Of a stretch of DNA of 64,000 nucleotides, positions 11,516 through 23,508 are shown one piece after another. This DNA is from Takakia lepidozioides. Lineage: Eukaryota; Plantae; Bryophyta. The stretch is taken from positions 73,966,001-74,030,000 of the forward strand of contig CM060733.1 of the NCBI GenBank assembly GCA_030704615.1, read 5' to 3'. Both the position numbers and the translations under genes were made by a program. Below the pieces are notes generated by a model. That model was not told the origin of the DNA. It did not search any database and saw nothing but the letters and a program-made list of their open reading frames with translations. Numbering within the stretch: the stretch's first letter is position 1; every line of letters begins with the position of its first letter.

Positions 11516-12557
11516 AATCCTCTGAATGAGTGTTGTCATCCAACAACTCTCCAGGCCAAGTCGCTACAGCTATGAATACTGCCAGTGTTGGCATCTTGCC
11601 TCGCTGGGCAACCGCAACTCCTCCTATGAATGTCATAGGGAGCTGCACACGCCAGCCTTCCCCTGACTGCCATCCAGGCCTATAGGAAGCTAACTCCTCC
11701 CAAAAATCCAGGGTGAAGCCCATGGGGTACAACACTGCCCCACCAACAAGAACATTGTACGAGACCGCGTCTGTCACAATGGCCTTGGCTCTCATCACTG
11801 AGCCATCTGTAGGATGATCCAGCTGTAGTCTGATAGCCAACTCACGCCGTATCATGCCCCGAGCCTACTCTGATCCTCCCAGAGATGTCTGTATCTGGAA
11901 AGGGCACGGCTCCATATCCGCCTCCGTGAGGCCCAAGCCTGCAATAGTAGCTCTGCCCAACATCAATGGCTGAGCTCCCGAGTCCAACAAGACTCGCAGT
12001 GGTCGGTACCTCTTGCCTGCCGGTCCACTCAAACAGAAAATGCCATCCTGGTGGTCTAACATGACAACTCCAGGTGTCACCATGGCGCACTCAATGGCTG
12101 GCCTAGCTGACAGCTCCATCAACCTGATAGCTGCAGCTTGCCATGGCGCTGCCGTGGCAGTCTTGACCCTCACATCTGAGGATCCCTCCGGCACTACACC
12201 TCCCACTATCTCCGCAGAAGATGAAGTAACCTCCTCACTCTCACAGAGTGTTGCTGCCAGCCTGAACACCTCAGTTGGTCTTACCCCCAGCGTCGCAATC
12301 ATGGTAGCCGAGAACAATGGAGCCTGGCACACAGCTGTGGCCGCCCCCAGCAGCACACTAGCTGTCGTAGCCTTGGCAACACTAGGTAGTGGTGCTGCCC
12401 GTGTAACTCTCCCCAATGGCATAATAACCTCCGCCTCGGTAACAGTCGGGCGAGAACTAGGTGCCATGGACGGCGTCGACACTGTCTCCGCCAATGTGAA
12501 TGACTGAGGAAGCTTGGCCTGACGGCTTGCCTCCCCACGATGTGGATCCAACTCCAC
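11516..12557 (-). pseudogene. Element B aspartic protease region
   Basis: RVLLDSGAQPLMLG...YNVLVGGAVL. Confidence 0.85.
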
Positions 12558-14291
12558 CTCTGCACCCTGTGGCTCAGGAACTCGTGCTGCTTCTTAAGTC
12601 ACTGCCGCAGCTGAGTCCACTTGCACTAGTGGTAATGCTGCCCCGCACATAGTGGTAGTGGTAGTGGTAGTGTTGCCCGACACTAGTGGTAGTGGTGCCC
12701 CACCCATAGTGGTAGTGGTAGTGGCACCCCTCACTAGTGGTAGAGTTGCCCCGCACATGAATCCCATGCCTCCTAAGTCTCCTCCCTCGGGAGCAGAAGG
12801 TGGACCATCCAGCCTTGGAGCCGGTACCACCTGAGCTGTGGCCATGGCAGCGAGCCTCTGCTCTAGCTGCTGAAGCCGGTTGGCCATGCCTTGATCACCA
12901 CCCTGATCTCCGCGTCCTTGGTCATGTTGAGCCTGCCCTTGGCCTGCACCTCATGCCTGGCCACCTCGTCCTCTCTGGGCTGCTCCACCTCACCCCCGGC
13001 CACCATTGTTCCCTTGGAACTGGCATGAGCGCAACTCAGGGTGCAAACCATAGCACTGGGCCTCTCCATGCCCGTACCTGCCACAATGCCCACACTGCAC
13101 CTGTGCAGGTTGTGCTGGTGCCAAACCATTGTCTCCCTTTGGGCAATCCTTCTTGACATGAGGTCCTCCACATGTCCAGCACACCACATCCGCCCGTTGT
13201 TGGCCAGCAAATGAAGGGAGAGACCCCTGCATCTGAGGTCCTCTCTGCCCTTCCATGGGCTTCACCTGAGCCCCTTTGCTGCCTTGAGCACGTTGAGGTA
13301 GTGGCTGGCTAGGAGCACCACTACGTGCCTCCTTAGCAAATCCCACCATGACCACTCGTTCCTCCACCATGTTGAGCTCTATCCGCTCTGCCAGCAAAAA
13401 CACATTTGCTAAGGTGGGTTGGGCCACTTGTAGGAGAGTTGCATCCCGCACCCTTCTCTTCAGCTCCTTGTCCAATATCCCGTACTAGAATTGGACTGCC
13501 TGAGCCTCCGTAACCCCTTGGGTTACATTAATCAAGCGCCTCATGCGAGTGAAAGCCTCCCTCAAGCTCTCAGTAGGCTTCCGTTGGAACTCTTGCAAGC
13601 TCCTCAACTTCTCTATCCTCACCCTTTGGTAGTTCCTTCTCAAGTCTTCGAAGAACTCCACAACAGGGTTGAAGGCAGGCACCGCCATTGGTGCTGGGTG
13701 CAGCAGTAGCTTGGGTGGCCGTCATAGTTGTTGTACCACTAGTCCCACTACTGCTCGTGGAAGCTGTTGTTGTAGCTGCTGGTGCAACTGCCGGTGTGGC
13801 TGCTGCCCTTGTGCCTCTAGTGCCTCTAGTGATGGAGACATAGTCAGGTGACCAATACATCCTCCACTCCTCGATCTCAACATCGTGCCCCCGCCTAAAC
13901 TCATGGTAATCGTCCATGGGCGGCCCCTTAAGGTACTGAAACAGCCCCTTCCATGCCATGAAAGGCGTAAACAGTTGTGGATTGCGCATTTGCTGCAAGT
14001 CACGCCAACTATCAAAATCTTGGATAAAATCATCCAACTCAATGGTGCTCACCGCCCCAGAATACCTTCGTGGCCCCTTGGTGGCTCCATACATCTCCTC
14101 CATCGTGTCCCACAACAATGGCAAGGAAACAACTTGCACCGCCGGTGTGGTCTTCCTGATTCATAATCCGAATCATAACCTTCCGTAGAAGACACAGGAG
14201 GTGAAGGTGGCCTAAACCGCACACCTCGTCTCGTATACCCGCTAGTATCGCTAGTGTTCGTACCGGCACTTTCCCCATCAACTAGTGGCAC
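12558..14291 (-). pseudogene. Element B gag with two CCHC knuckles (frameshifted)
   Basis: RYSG..ELDDFIQDF; FQRKPTESLREAF; CWTCGGPHVKKDC; CGHCGRYGHGEAQC. Confidence 0.82.
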
Positions 14292-16094
14292 CTCCGTGTT
14301 GACAAACTGACACTCAACCGGTCATGAACATGTCTCTAATCCCCTCTCCACAAGGTAACCGGGTAGAGAACCTGATGCGGCTTATGGTTTGGAATACTAG
14401 GTTCCTAACATAGCCTGCACCTGTACCTGCATCCACCGCAGACACTCCTATGGTTGGCTGGTCATCACCTCCAACCTCACCACAGGAGAAACAAAGATGG
14501 TCTGACTGGTCATCACCCCAGCCTCACCATCGACAACATGCTCTAGGGTGGGATCGGCGATCAAGCCCGAGTCCACCACCTATAAAATCAAGCGCCCACA
14601 CAAAACTAGCATGGCGCACAATCAAGCATGCAGTTGTGGAGGGGATCCAAACACAAGAATGAAAACAACAACTCCCCCAACACCAAAAATAACTCCACAG
14701 TGTCGCTCCTGCAACCCAGCCCAAACCCGGACTGACTTTTGTCTCCACCTACAAAAAGGTCTCGGCCTACAGAGAAGGTGAAAAACTACGAGGAAGAGAA
14801 GCTAAAGCAATGCCTATCCCAAGCACGCTCTCATCCCAACACCCTCTTTTTTCCTCTCTTCTCTCACTTGCATGACCATGAGAGCATCCTGTAGACACTC
14901 CTCAAACCGCCCTCCACGAGCTCATGAAACTTGGCCTCCAAGGCCCCATGCAAGCCTCCACAGGGTCCGCCAGTGCCTCCTTACGTCCACCAGTCATTCC
15001 TCCGAATGGAATTACCTCAGGAAACGACACCGTTCACTGAAGGTTCAAAAATGGAGCAAATAGAGGTACATATAGGCCCCAACAACATTCTGTCCAAAGG
15101 AATTACTTGCAGGCTGGTCTTCCCCATAGTTAAGAATTGGGCGAAAACCCGAAAAGATTACCTGCATGGAAGTAATCCCCTTTGTTAAGACGCAGCAGGG
15201 AGGCAATTCCGACTTTTCTGCCGGATCAGCTAGCTCAAAACCGTTGTTCTTCAGAGCCCAGCCTCCCCATCAAGGTCCCACGAAACGAGTGAAAAAAGAT
15301 TTTATTTATTTTTTATTTTTATTTTTTTTTCACTCTAACTGTTCGCGGCCTTCCGTGGCTCCAACCGCCACGACTCCTCACGGCCCGCCCTAGGCACTCG
15401 TTGGCCACGGGCTGCCCAGTGATACCCCGTGGTACCACTCCCACAAGCCTTCACGGCCCGCCATCCCCACGATCTGGTCACCGTGCCCACCCGTTGTATC
15501 CGCACCACGACTTCCAACGGTCACGGTCAACGGTCAACCATCACAACCTGGGCTCGTGGTATCTCATGATACCGCCCCAACGGACCATCACGACCACTAT
15601 TCCTTGCGATCCCTGGAACTCCCAACGAGTTCCCATGCGTTCCCGAGACGTTCCCGGCGTTCCCACGCGTTCCCGAGCTGGGGTTTGCTCTTGCACCTGC
15701 TGCCGACGAGCTATGGCTTCTTTACAAACTTGGTGCACCTGCATTTCTCATGCATCTCCCTTGGCTCTAGGGCGCCTCGTTGCTGCCCTTCCAGCCCCGT
15801 TCTTGCCACTCCAAGAGCCCTTACACTACTGAGTTTCAGATTGAAACTCCAACTCAGCACATGTTTCACAAGTGCACTGATTTGCACACAAGAGGGACCA
15901 GCCCCCTCTCTTCACTCATACCTCTTCATGAGCTTGGAGCTGAAGCTCTCAACGGGCTGCAATGCATCTCCTTGCAGCTCCACCATTCGGCTGCTCCTCA
16001 TCTACCCGCAACAACTGATTTCGGGCAGAAATACTTGGAGCTGATCATGTCATCTAACTAGCTAACTTCACACCAGTGGTAAAATAACTTGACA

Positions 16095-16222
16095 GCCTCC
16101 TTGAGTGCCTTGGGCACTCAAGGGTGCTTCAGCACCCCGTACCTATTGCTGCCACCGCCCCCACCACAGGGGCAGCCCTTCTGCGTCCCGACCCCCTGCC
16201 CTCAAGGCAAAGGGCCGGGACA
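16095..16222 (-). repeat. Element A 3' LTR, part 2
   Basis: Matches 23381-23508; adjacent PPT at 16223-16234. Confidence 0.9.
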
Positions 16223-17149
16223 CACACCCCTACCAACAGGGAGTCGATGTCCTCATCGACTTGTCTATTTTGTAGAAACGAACAACCAAGTTGTGGCGTC
16301 CCACATCAAGGAGTTTGTTTCCGCACCATGGCGTCCCATGGCAAAGAACCAAACCCCACACTTGACTCTACTCTCCACTAGCTAGTTCGGCCAACTTCCT
16401 CCAAGTCCCGGCCAAGGGTGGAGCCTCTCAAGCTCCTCCCAGTGCACTCTTCTTGGCCCACTTCAAGGCCAAGGAACGATCCTCCTCAAGGATCGAATCG
16501 TCTTACTGCAACAACATTGCTTGCGACCGCTCGTGGTGCCGCTTTTGGCATCACCTTGAGCAAAGGTTCACCTTGAACCCTTTTTTACTAGGAAGATAAC
16601 CTTGAACTAACCGTGCGCCCCAATCACTACAATTGGGTCCGCCTTAGAATGCTGGCCTGAGGTAAGGGAACACGCCAAAGCCGCACTACAACTTCGTCCT
16701 GAGGCTACACGATTATAGTACGTGAACAGAAGCACGTAGCTTCCACGTTAGCCTGCACTACAAGGCAACCCCCTCGGTAGCGTAGTTATAGTACGCGCAC
16801 GCGCCAGGTGCGCACTAGCACGTGAACTCCCAAAGAAGGCGCAAGTTTCCTTGCCTCTTGGATGGGAGTCATTCGATTTCGGCACTATGCAAACACACAA
16901 TTAATCCAATTTACCTCTACCACTTTGTAAGCTAGCATGCATTCTACACACTAGCCAAACAAACCATGCATCACCATTCCAAACAAAATAGGACGCACAA
17001 CATTTGGGAACCATTTAATTTATAACAAAATTTGTACAATACAAGTTTTTGCAATCGGGTTCCTGAGCTTAGCTAAGCCGGGCTAAGCAAGCATTTCCTC
17101 CCCCCACGCTCCAAGGTTGATGTCCCCATCAACGCTTCTTTCACTTTTG

Positions 17150-17797
17150 AGGTCGCCCTTCGAAAGCTGCAACAGCCTCGGATGCGTTTCTTATTTCTGA
17201 GGCACGCACCCAAGATGCCTCTACATGATTATAGTCCATTCCATTTCACGAGATACTCCATTTCTCGATTCTTGAACCTCCTCGACTTAAGCACTACCTC
17301 CACCTCATACTCATGTTCATTTTCATGGTCCAACAGCACAGGTGGCGGACGCAACACTTGATGCCGATTCGGACGCACTTCATCTTTGAAGTAAGACTTC
17401 AAAAGAGAGACGTGGAATACTGGATGCACCTTGCTGTTTGCCGGCAGCTCCAATTCATACACATCCTCATTCATAATCATCCGGATATGAAAGGGTCCCG
17501 CATACGGAGGTACGAACTTCGGACTCACTTCCGGAGGTAGTCGGAAATTCTTGATGTTCAACCAGACCTCCGTGCCTGCCTCAAACTTAACTTCCCTCCG
17601 CTTCCGATTCGCCTGCATTTCATACCGTTTCCTAGCTTTAGCAATGTTGTACTTTGCGAGCTTTAACAAACGCTCACGTTCTTCCAGTACCGCCGCTGCT
17701 GCCGGTTCCTCAACGTCCTGGGCAGCCCAACTTGTCGGCACCAGAGGTGCTTTTCCATAGACCAATACGAAAGGGGAAACTCCCGTTGCGGAGTGTT
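17150..17797 (-). pseudogene. Element A integrase C-terminus (GPF/Y module) and chromodomain
   Basis: ATGVSPFVLVYG; PYAGPF; VHPVFHVSLLK; EYEVEVVLKSR..EYLVKW. Confidence 0.88.
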
Positions 17798-18879
17798 CCC
17801 GAGAGGTGCACCCCAGCCAACCTGTACCAGCCACGTACGTGCACATGAGGGGATATTTTTAACCCCCCATGTACAACATTATACATACATAGGGGGGTAA
17901 AGCAACACCTTAAATATAAGTCTACAGCAAGGTTTAGCATGATTAGGAGGGCAGCGTAGTGGTAAGGGTTACCAATGCCACGACTCTCATCGTGGGTTCA
18001 AATCTCATGGTGTTTTGAATTTTTCGAAAACTTTGAAAATATGTATATATCACAATGTAGATTTGAGCCCAAGACCACCTACACACCTCGACCAACTCCA
18101 TACCACTAGGCTGGTCCACGGTTCTTGAAACAATTTTAATGTTAAACAGTAATATACAATAAAGACAATATTTTGTTTTGTATCATTGTTGAGATCTCCC
18201 CAACCGCGGGGCCCCAGCCCTGGTATTTGGTACCATTGGAAAGCCCTCCATGAGGAGGGGTGCACTGGCTTGGTCTCATAATTTTGGAACTTGCAATGTG
18301 GGAGATATGAAATTTCAAGTACTTTTGGTTGTTGGAAACTCGCGAAAAATAGCAAAATGGGCTTTCTTGCAACAATTACTGGCCATTTATTTATCCTTTG
18401 TACACGGGGACATAAATGTAAATAATTGGGGGTTTTTTTTTTTCAAATATGGCATGAACACAATATTGTTTGTAGGGTCCTTGAGATCTCCCAAACCGCA
18501 GGGCCTCTAGCCACGATTTTGGTACCGTTGGAAAGCCCTCAATGGGTAGGGATGCACCGACTTGGTTTCATAAAATTTGGACCTACATAGTAATACAGGC
18601 CGAGGTCTGTTTTTAAATGAATAAACTTGATATAATAAAAAAATACATATACATATTTGAGGGTATTTTTTAATGATTCAAAAAAGAAATATACATACAG
18701 CAGGGGGTACTTTTTTAAAATTATAAATTTCTATATATTTACAGGAGGGGATTTTATAATCTTCAAAATGTATGTACAGAGGGGGTATAAATGATCCAAG
18801 GACCCGTATACATGGGGTTTTTTTATTAGGCGGCGAACGCACGTGATACGGACATTTTATAAAGAGTGCACCCCCCAGG
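17798..18879. mobile_element. 1.08-kb non-autonomous DNA transposon inserted in the integrase of element A
   Basis: 8-bp TSD GGAGTGTT (17790-17797 and 18880-18887); imperfect TIRs CCCGAGAGGTGCAC / CCTGGGGGGTGCAC; removal restores YNNTKHSATG. Confidence 0.85.
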
Positions 18880-21560
18880 GGAGTGTTTTGTGTTATTATA
18901 ACAGAACTCTGTTGCATCCAAGTGTTCCACCCAGTCCGATTGGTCTACCGACACGTAATTCCGTAAGATTTGCTTCACCACGGAATTCACCCTTTCCGTT
19001 TGGCCGTCTGTCGTAGGTCGGAAGGCGGTGCTTATCTTGAGCCTCGTCCCCATCTTCTTCCAAAGTGCCCTCCAAAATTTACTTGTAAACTTTGGATCAC
19101 GGTCCGAGACAATATCCTTCGGGAGTCCATGATGCTTGAAGACGTGGGCGAAGTAAAGTCGCACCGTCTCTTGCGCCGTTGCCGTCTTCTTGGTGGGAAT
19201 GAAATGGTCCATTTTACTGACCTATCCACCACCACCATGATTGCATCGAATCCTTTTGACAGCGGCATAGCAGTCATGAAATCCATCGAGACACTTTCCC
19301 AAGACCCCTCTGGAATCGGCAAGGGTTGTAACAGCCCCGCTTGCTTTTTACACTCGCTCCAGTTTTGTTGGCATGTGGTGCATGTCTTCACATACTCCTC
19401 GGCCTCCTCCCTCAGTTTGAGCCAGAAATACTCTTTCTTTAAGAGTGTCGCGGTGCGCTTGGCTCCGTCGTGGCCCGCAAGCGGGCCATCATGACATTAT
19501 CTCAAGAGGCTATCTTTGATCCCTCCCTTCGACACGTAGAGATGCTTTTGCTTATACCGGAGCAGTCCATTTTGCAAGTAAAATTGCGATTTAACCCCTA
19601 TCCTCAAGTCCCGCATCACAGAATTCGCCATCTCATCCTTCCGGAAGCCTTCCGGATCTTCCTTTGGAGCGCCGTCTCACCCTTGTACACCAACACGAGC
19701 TGTTGCTTTCTACTTAAAGCATCAGCCACCACATTGTCTCGTCTCGGTTTGTACTGGATATCCACGTCGAACAATGCCAAAGTGTCTTGCCACCTAATTT
19801 GTTTTGGGGACAACTTAGGCTGCGTGGCAAAATACTTCACCGTGACATTGTCCGTGAACACCTTCACCGGGTTAGAACCAATATAGTGGCGCCAAAACTC
19901 AAGGCAATGCACCACCGCCTTCATTTCTTTCTCGTGCGTAGGCCACCGTCGCTCCACTTCATTCAATTTCTTACTTTTGTAAGCCACTGGATGTCCATCC
20001 TGCATGAGTATACCCCAATTGCAAAGTCCGACGCATCTGTATGGATCTCAAATGGACGGTCGAACTCCGGAATTTTGAGGACTGGAGCTTCCGCCATCCG
20101 CTGCTTCAACTCGGCAAAAGCTTGGCCACAAAAGGTGTTCCATACCCAGACCTTGGATTTACACAGGAGGTTTGACAACGACCCCGAGATCTTGGCGAAA
20201 TTTCTCACATACTTCCGGTAATAGGAGGCGAGTCCTAGGAAGGATCGCACTCCCGGGACCAAAGTCGGAGGTTCCCAGTCCAAGATCGCCCTCACCTTTC
20301 TGTCATCCATTTTGATCCCATCATGTGTAATCACATGCCCCAGGAACTCCACTTTTGTAACCCCGAATTCGCACTTTGAAGCTTTGGCATACAGCTTACC
20401 TTCCCGCAATTTCTGGAACACCCTTTTTAGGTGCTCTTCATTTGTTTTCGAGTACACCAAGATGTCGTCGATGTACACGATCACAAAGTCATCCAACCAC
20501 TCCTGGAAAAGGCTGTTCATTAGCGTGCTAAAGGTCACGGGTGCGTTGGTGAGCCCAAAAGGCATTACCAAGAACTCGTACGAACCATATCTTGTCCTGC
20601 ACGCGGTCTTCTCCTCATCTCCTTCCGCCACTCGAATTTGATGATAGCCGGAGTGCAAATCGATCCGGCTAAAATACTTCGCTCATGCCAACCGATCGAA
20701 AAAGTCGTCGATCCTTGGCAAAAGGTATCGGTTTTTATAGTCACCTTATTCAGAGCCCTGTAATCGACACATATTCGCAGCGTCCCATCCTTCTTGTCTG
20801 CGAATAGCACCGGGGCTCCATAAGGTGACTTACTTGGCCGGATATACCCCTTTGACATTAGATCCTTGAGCTGAGTCTTCAGCTCGACCAACTCTCTGTG
20901 GCTCAACCGGTAGGGCGTCTTGGCAGGCGGCTCCGATCCCGATATCACCTCAATCTTGTGGTCAACTCCCCGTCGCGGTGGCAGGCCGCTTGGTAAATCC
21001 TCTGGCATCACATCCTGGTATTTCTCCAAGATCCCCTTGATCCAATCTGGGCTCGGCTCTCCATCGCCTTCTCCTTTCATTTGTCTTACGTAAAGCAAAA
21101 ACTGGGGCTCGTGTGGCTCCTCCACGGCCCACTCCCTTACTGATAGAAGGTTTATTCGCCCTCCTACGGGTTTGGGCGTTTCCTACATTCGTAAAATTTC
21201 GCCACCATTCCCACACGGCAGCGTGATTACTCTCTTGCGGCCATCTATAACCGCTCCGGATTTGCTGAAAAAGGTCATCTCCAAAATGAGATCCACTCCA
21301 TCGATCTCGCAAATGGTGAAGTTCTCACGTCCCTCTCAACTCTCCAGTTGAAGATGAACATCGAACGCCAACCTCGTCGCCAATTGTGGTTCTCTTTTGG
21401 CAGAACGCACCTCAATAGAGGCCCCCACGTCACTTGTCGGGAGCCCCAGCTTTCGTGCCATTGCCGGTGTCATGAAGGAGTGCGACGCTCATGTGTCCAC
21501 CAACAACAACACGTTAGTTCCGGAAATTATCCCATCTACGAACAATAATTGACTCCCTTT
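18880..21560 (-). pseudogene. Element A pol: protease, RT, RNase H, integrase core (frameshifts and stops)
   Basis: LLVDT*AS; [13 protein letters not shown]; MPFGLTNAP; YIDD; TDASDFAIG; ADALSR; SMDF; SDRDPKF; TDGQTER. Confidence 0.93.
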
Positions 21561-21699
21561 ACGCAGGGCGCCAGTTTCCTGATACAACTCACAAGAGTAG
21601 TTGCCTACCTTGCAAGTCTTAGCGACCACCGCTTCCACCTGGAATCTTCCGACAGCTATGTGGTCGCCTGAGTCATGTTCAATTGTCGGGGTTTTGCGC

Positions 21700-22700
21700 A
21701 CTTCTTAGCCATGTGCCCGGGCTCCCCGCAATTAAAACACACCCATCAAAGGTCGCCTTCTGTCCGCCATAAGCCGCCGCACCTGATTTTCCTTTCAGAG
21801 CACTGGGTGCCGCCTTGACGTGAGAAGGACCTCCCTTCGATTTCCACGTGCCATTGTCGCCGCGTGGCCTATCCCACTTTTTTTCCGGTCGGAATGAGTC
21901 ACCCTCCCGCCGGTCTTCTTGTGGTTCAGCTCCGTACGGCCTTGTCTTTCGCCCCTAGGGACATCCAAGAAACATTCAGCCCTCTCAATTGCCTCGTTCA
22001 AAGTCTTAGGTGGCTTCTCCTCCAACTTCCGCCTGGTCCATGGGGTCAGTTCCGCCAGAAAGTTGAAGGCCATTTCTGGTTCTGCCATGTCCGCGACTTC
22101 GAGCAACAGCACATTGAAAGCCTGAACATATCCCCGAATGTCATCCGTTTGTTTCAGATTCCTCATCTTGTCTCGGGCGAGCTAGGACGCGTTGAGGGGC
22201 ACAAACTATCTCTTCATTAGTTCCTTGAACTCACTCCAGTTCAAGGTTTCCGGGTTTGGACCTCGGTCGTGAAGGCATTTCTGCCACCATTGTTGAGCAT
22301 AGCCCCTCAAATAGGTGGGAGCCACCTCCACCCGATTCTCGTCACTCAACTTGGCCGCTCGGAAGTACTGCTGTAGCTCCAAGTGCCAGGTGTTGAGTGC
22401 CTTCTGATTTCGGACGCCCTCGAGGTGTCGGGTTCCTTAGGCTTCACCTTAAACTTTGCCTTAGTGGAAGTGGCATTAGCCGCCCTCAACACGTCTTTCA
22501 ACGTCCCGCCAAACTGCGCCAACAACCCTTCCCAAAAGGCTGCTGGCATGATCTGTCGGAGCTCTTAGGGATTCCTCGAGCTCCGACTCCTCAGATTCCT
22601 CCCATTCTTGAGTGGCCTTGCTTTCAAAAGCATGAATCGCTTCCTCAAATGGCCGCTTCGGTGATACGTCACCCCCATCGGACTCACCAAGATCATCATC
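21700..22700 (-). pseudogene. Element A gag with zinc knuckle
   Basis: YLRGYAQQWW; LKQTDDIRGYVQAF; CFNCGEPGHMAKKC. Confidence 0.85.
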
Positions 22701-22782
22701 TTTCGGGCCGTTCCGCTTCGCTTTGGCTTGCCCGACCCCATGATGAGGCCGATCCCAAGGACGATCGCGTACTGAACTCCAA

Positions 22783-22794
22783 GCTCTGATATCA
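22783..22794 (-). promoter_or_regulatory. Primer-binding site (tRNA-iMet type, one mismatch)
   Basis: TGATATCAGAGC on minus, 2 nt inside the 5' LTR. Confidence 0.8.
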
Positions 22795-22796
22795 AG

Positions 22797-23508
22797 TGTC
22801 GTGCACCTCACTTCGTAAGCTCTCCTTCAATTACTCGCTTGATGCGCGCGCCTAACTCCCAACCAGGCCGCCGGGCCAACTCGGAGCTTCAGCTGCTCAA
22901 CGGGACATAACGGTCCCTTTTTTTTCCCCCAACAGACCCTCCACCAATTTCGGCCTAGTGGAAATTCCCTTTGGTAGATGGCAGTCCGGAATAGCTCCCA
23001 ACTTCTTGGTCGCATTCAGGCTCGCTCGCTTACTCACTAGTTTTTGGTCACCAACGGGCTTACCGCGTTCTCGGGGTTACTACTCCCTATATATACTTAT
23101 GTGACTGTCCGCGGGGGTTTCACAAACAACCATGCCATTTTATGGCGAACCACCACGAAGACCCTCGATTCCCGGTGATGAGTCGCGGTGAGTCTTGGCC
23201 CACCCACCATGGCCCTATTGGACCGTGGTGAGTCCCAAGACTCCCCCGACTCCCACCACAAGATCTCCGCCCATGGTGAGTCCTATGCCACCCCTACAAG
23301 TCCCACTAAGCTACCTCCACCCTTGTGGGAGCCACCCCCACCGCAACTCGGTGTGCGGGGCTCCACCTATGAGCGTCTCCGCCTCCTTGAGTGCCTTGGG
23401 CACTCAAGGGTGCTTCAGCCCCCCGTACCTATTGCTGCCACCGCCCCCACCACAGGGGCAGCCCCTCTGCGTCCCGACCCCTTGCCCTCAAGGCAAAGGG
23501 CCGCGACA
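22797..23508 (-). repeat. Element A 5' LTR
   Basis: TGTCG...CGACA, 712 bp. Confidence 0.92.

Larger units (their letters stand above)
7535..16094 (-). mobile_element. Non-autonomous Ty3/gypsy element B: gag-PR-C5 DNA methyltransferase-(RT/RH deleted)-INT-PHD
   Basis: 4-bp TSD GCCT (7531-7534 and 16095-16098; a single GCCT in the intact LTR of A); TG...CA termini; domain motifs listed in the component features. Confidence 0.88.
6934..23508 (-). mobile_element. Full-length degenerate Ty3/gypsy chromovirus (element A) carrying two nested insertions
   Basis: 5' LTR 22797-23508; 3' LTR split into 6934-7534 and 16095-16222; 5-bp TSD GATTT; PBS TGATATCAGAGC; PPT GGTAGGGGTGTG; gag-PR-RT-RH-INT-chromodomain order. 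Confidence 0.93.
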
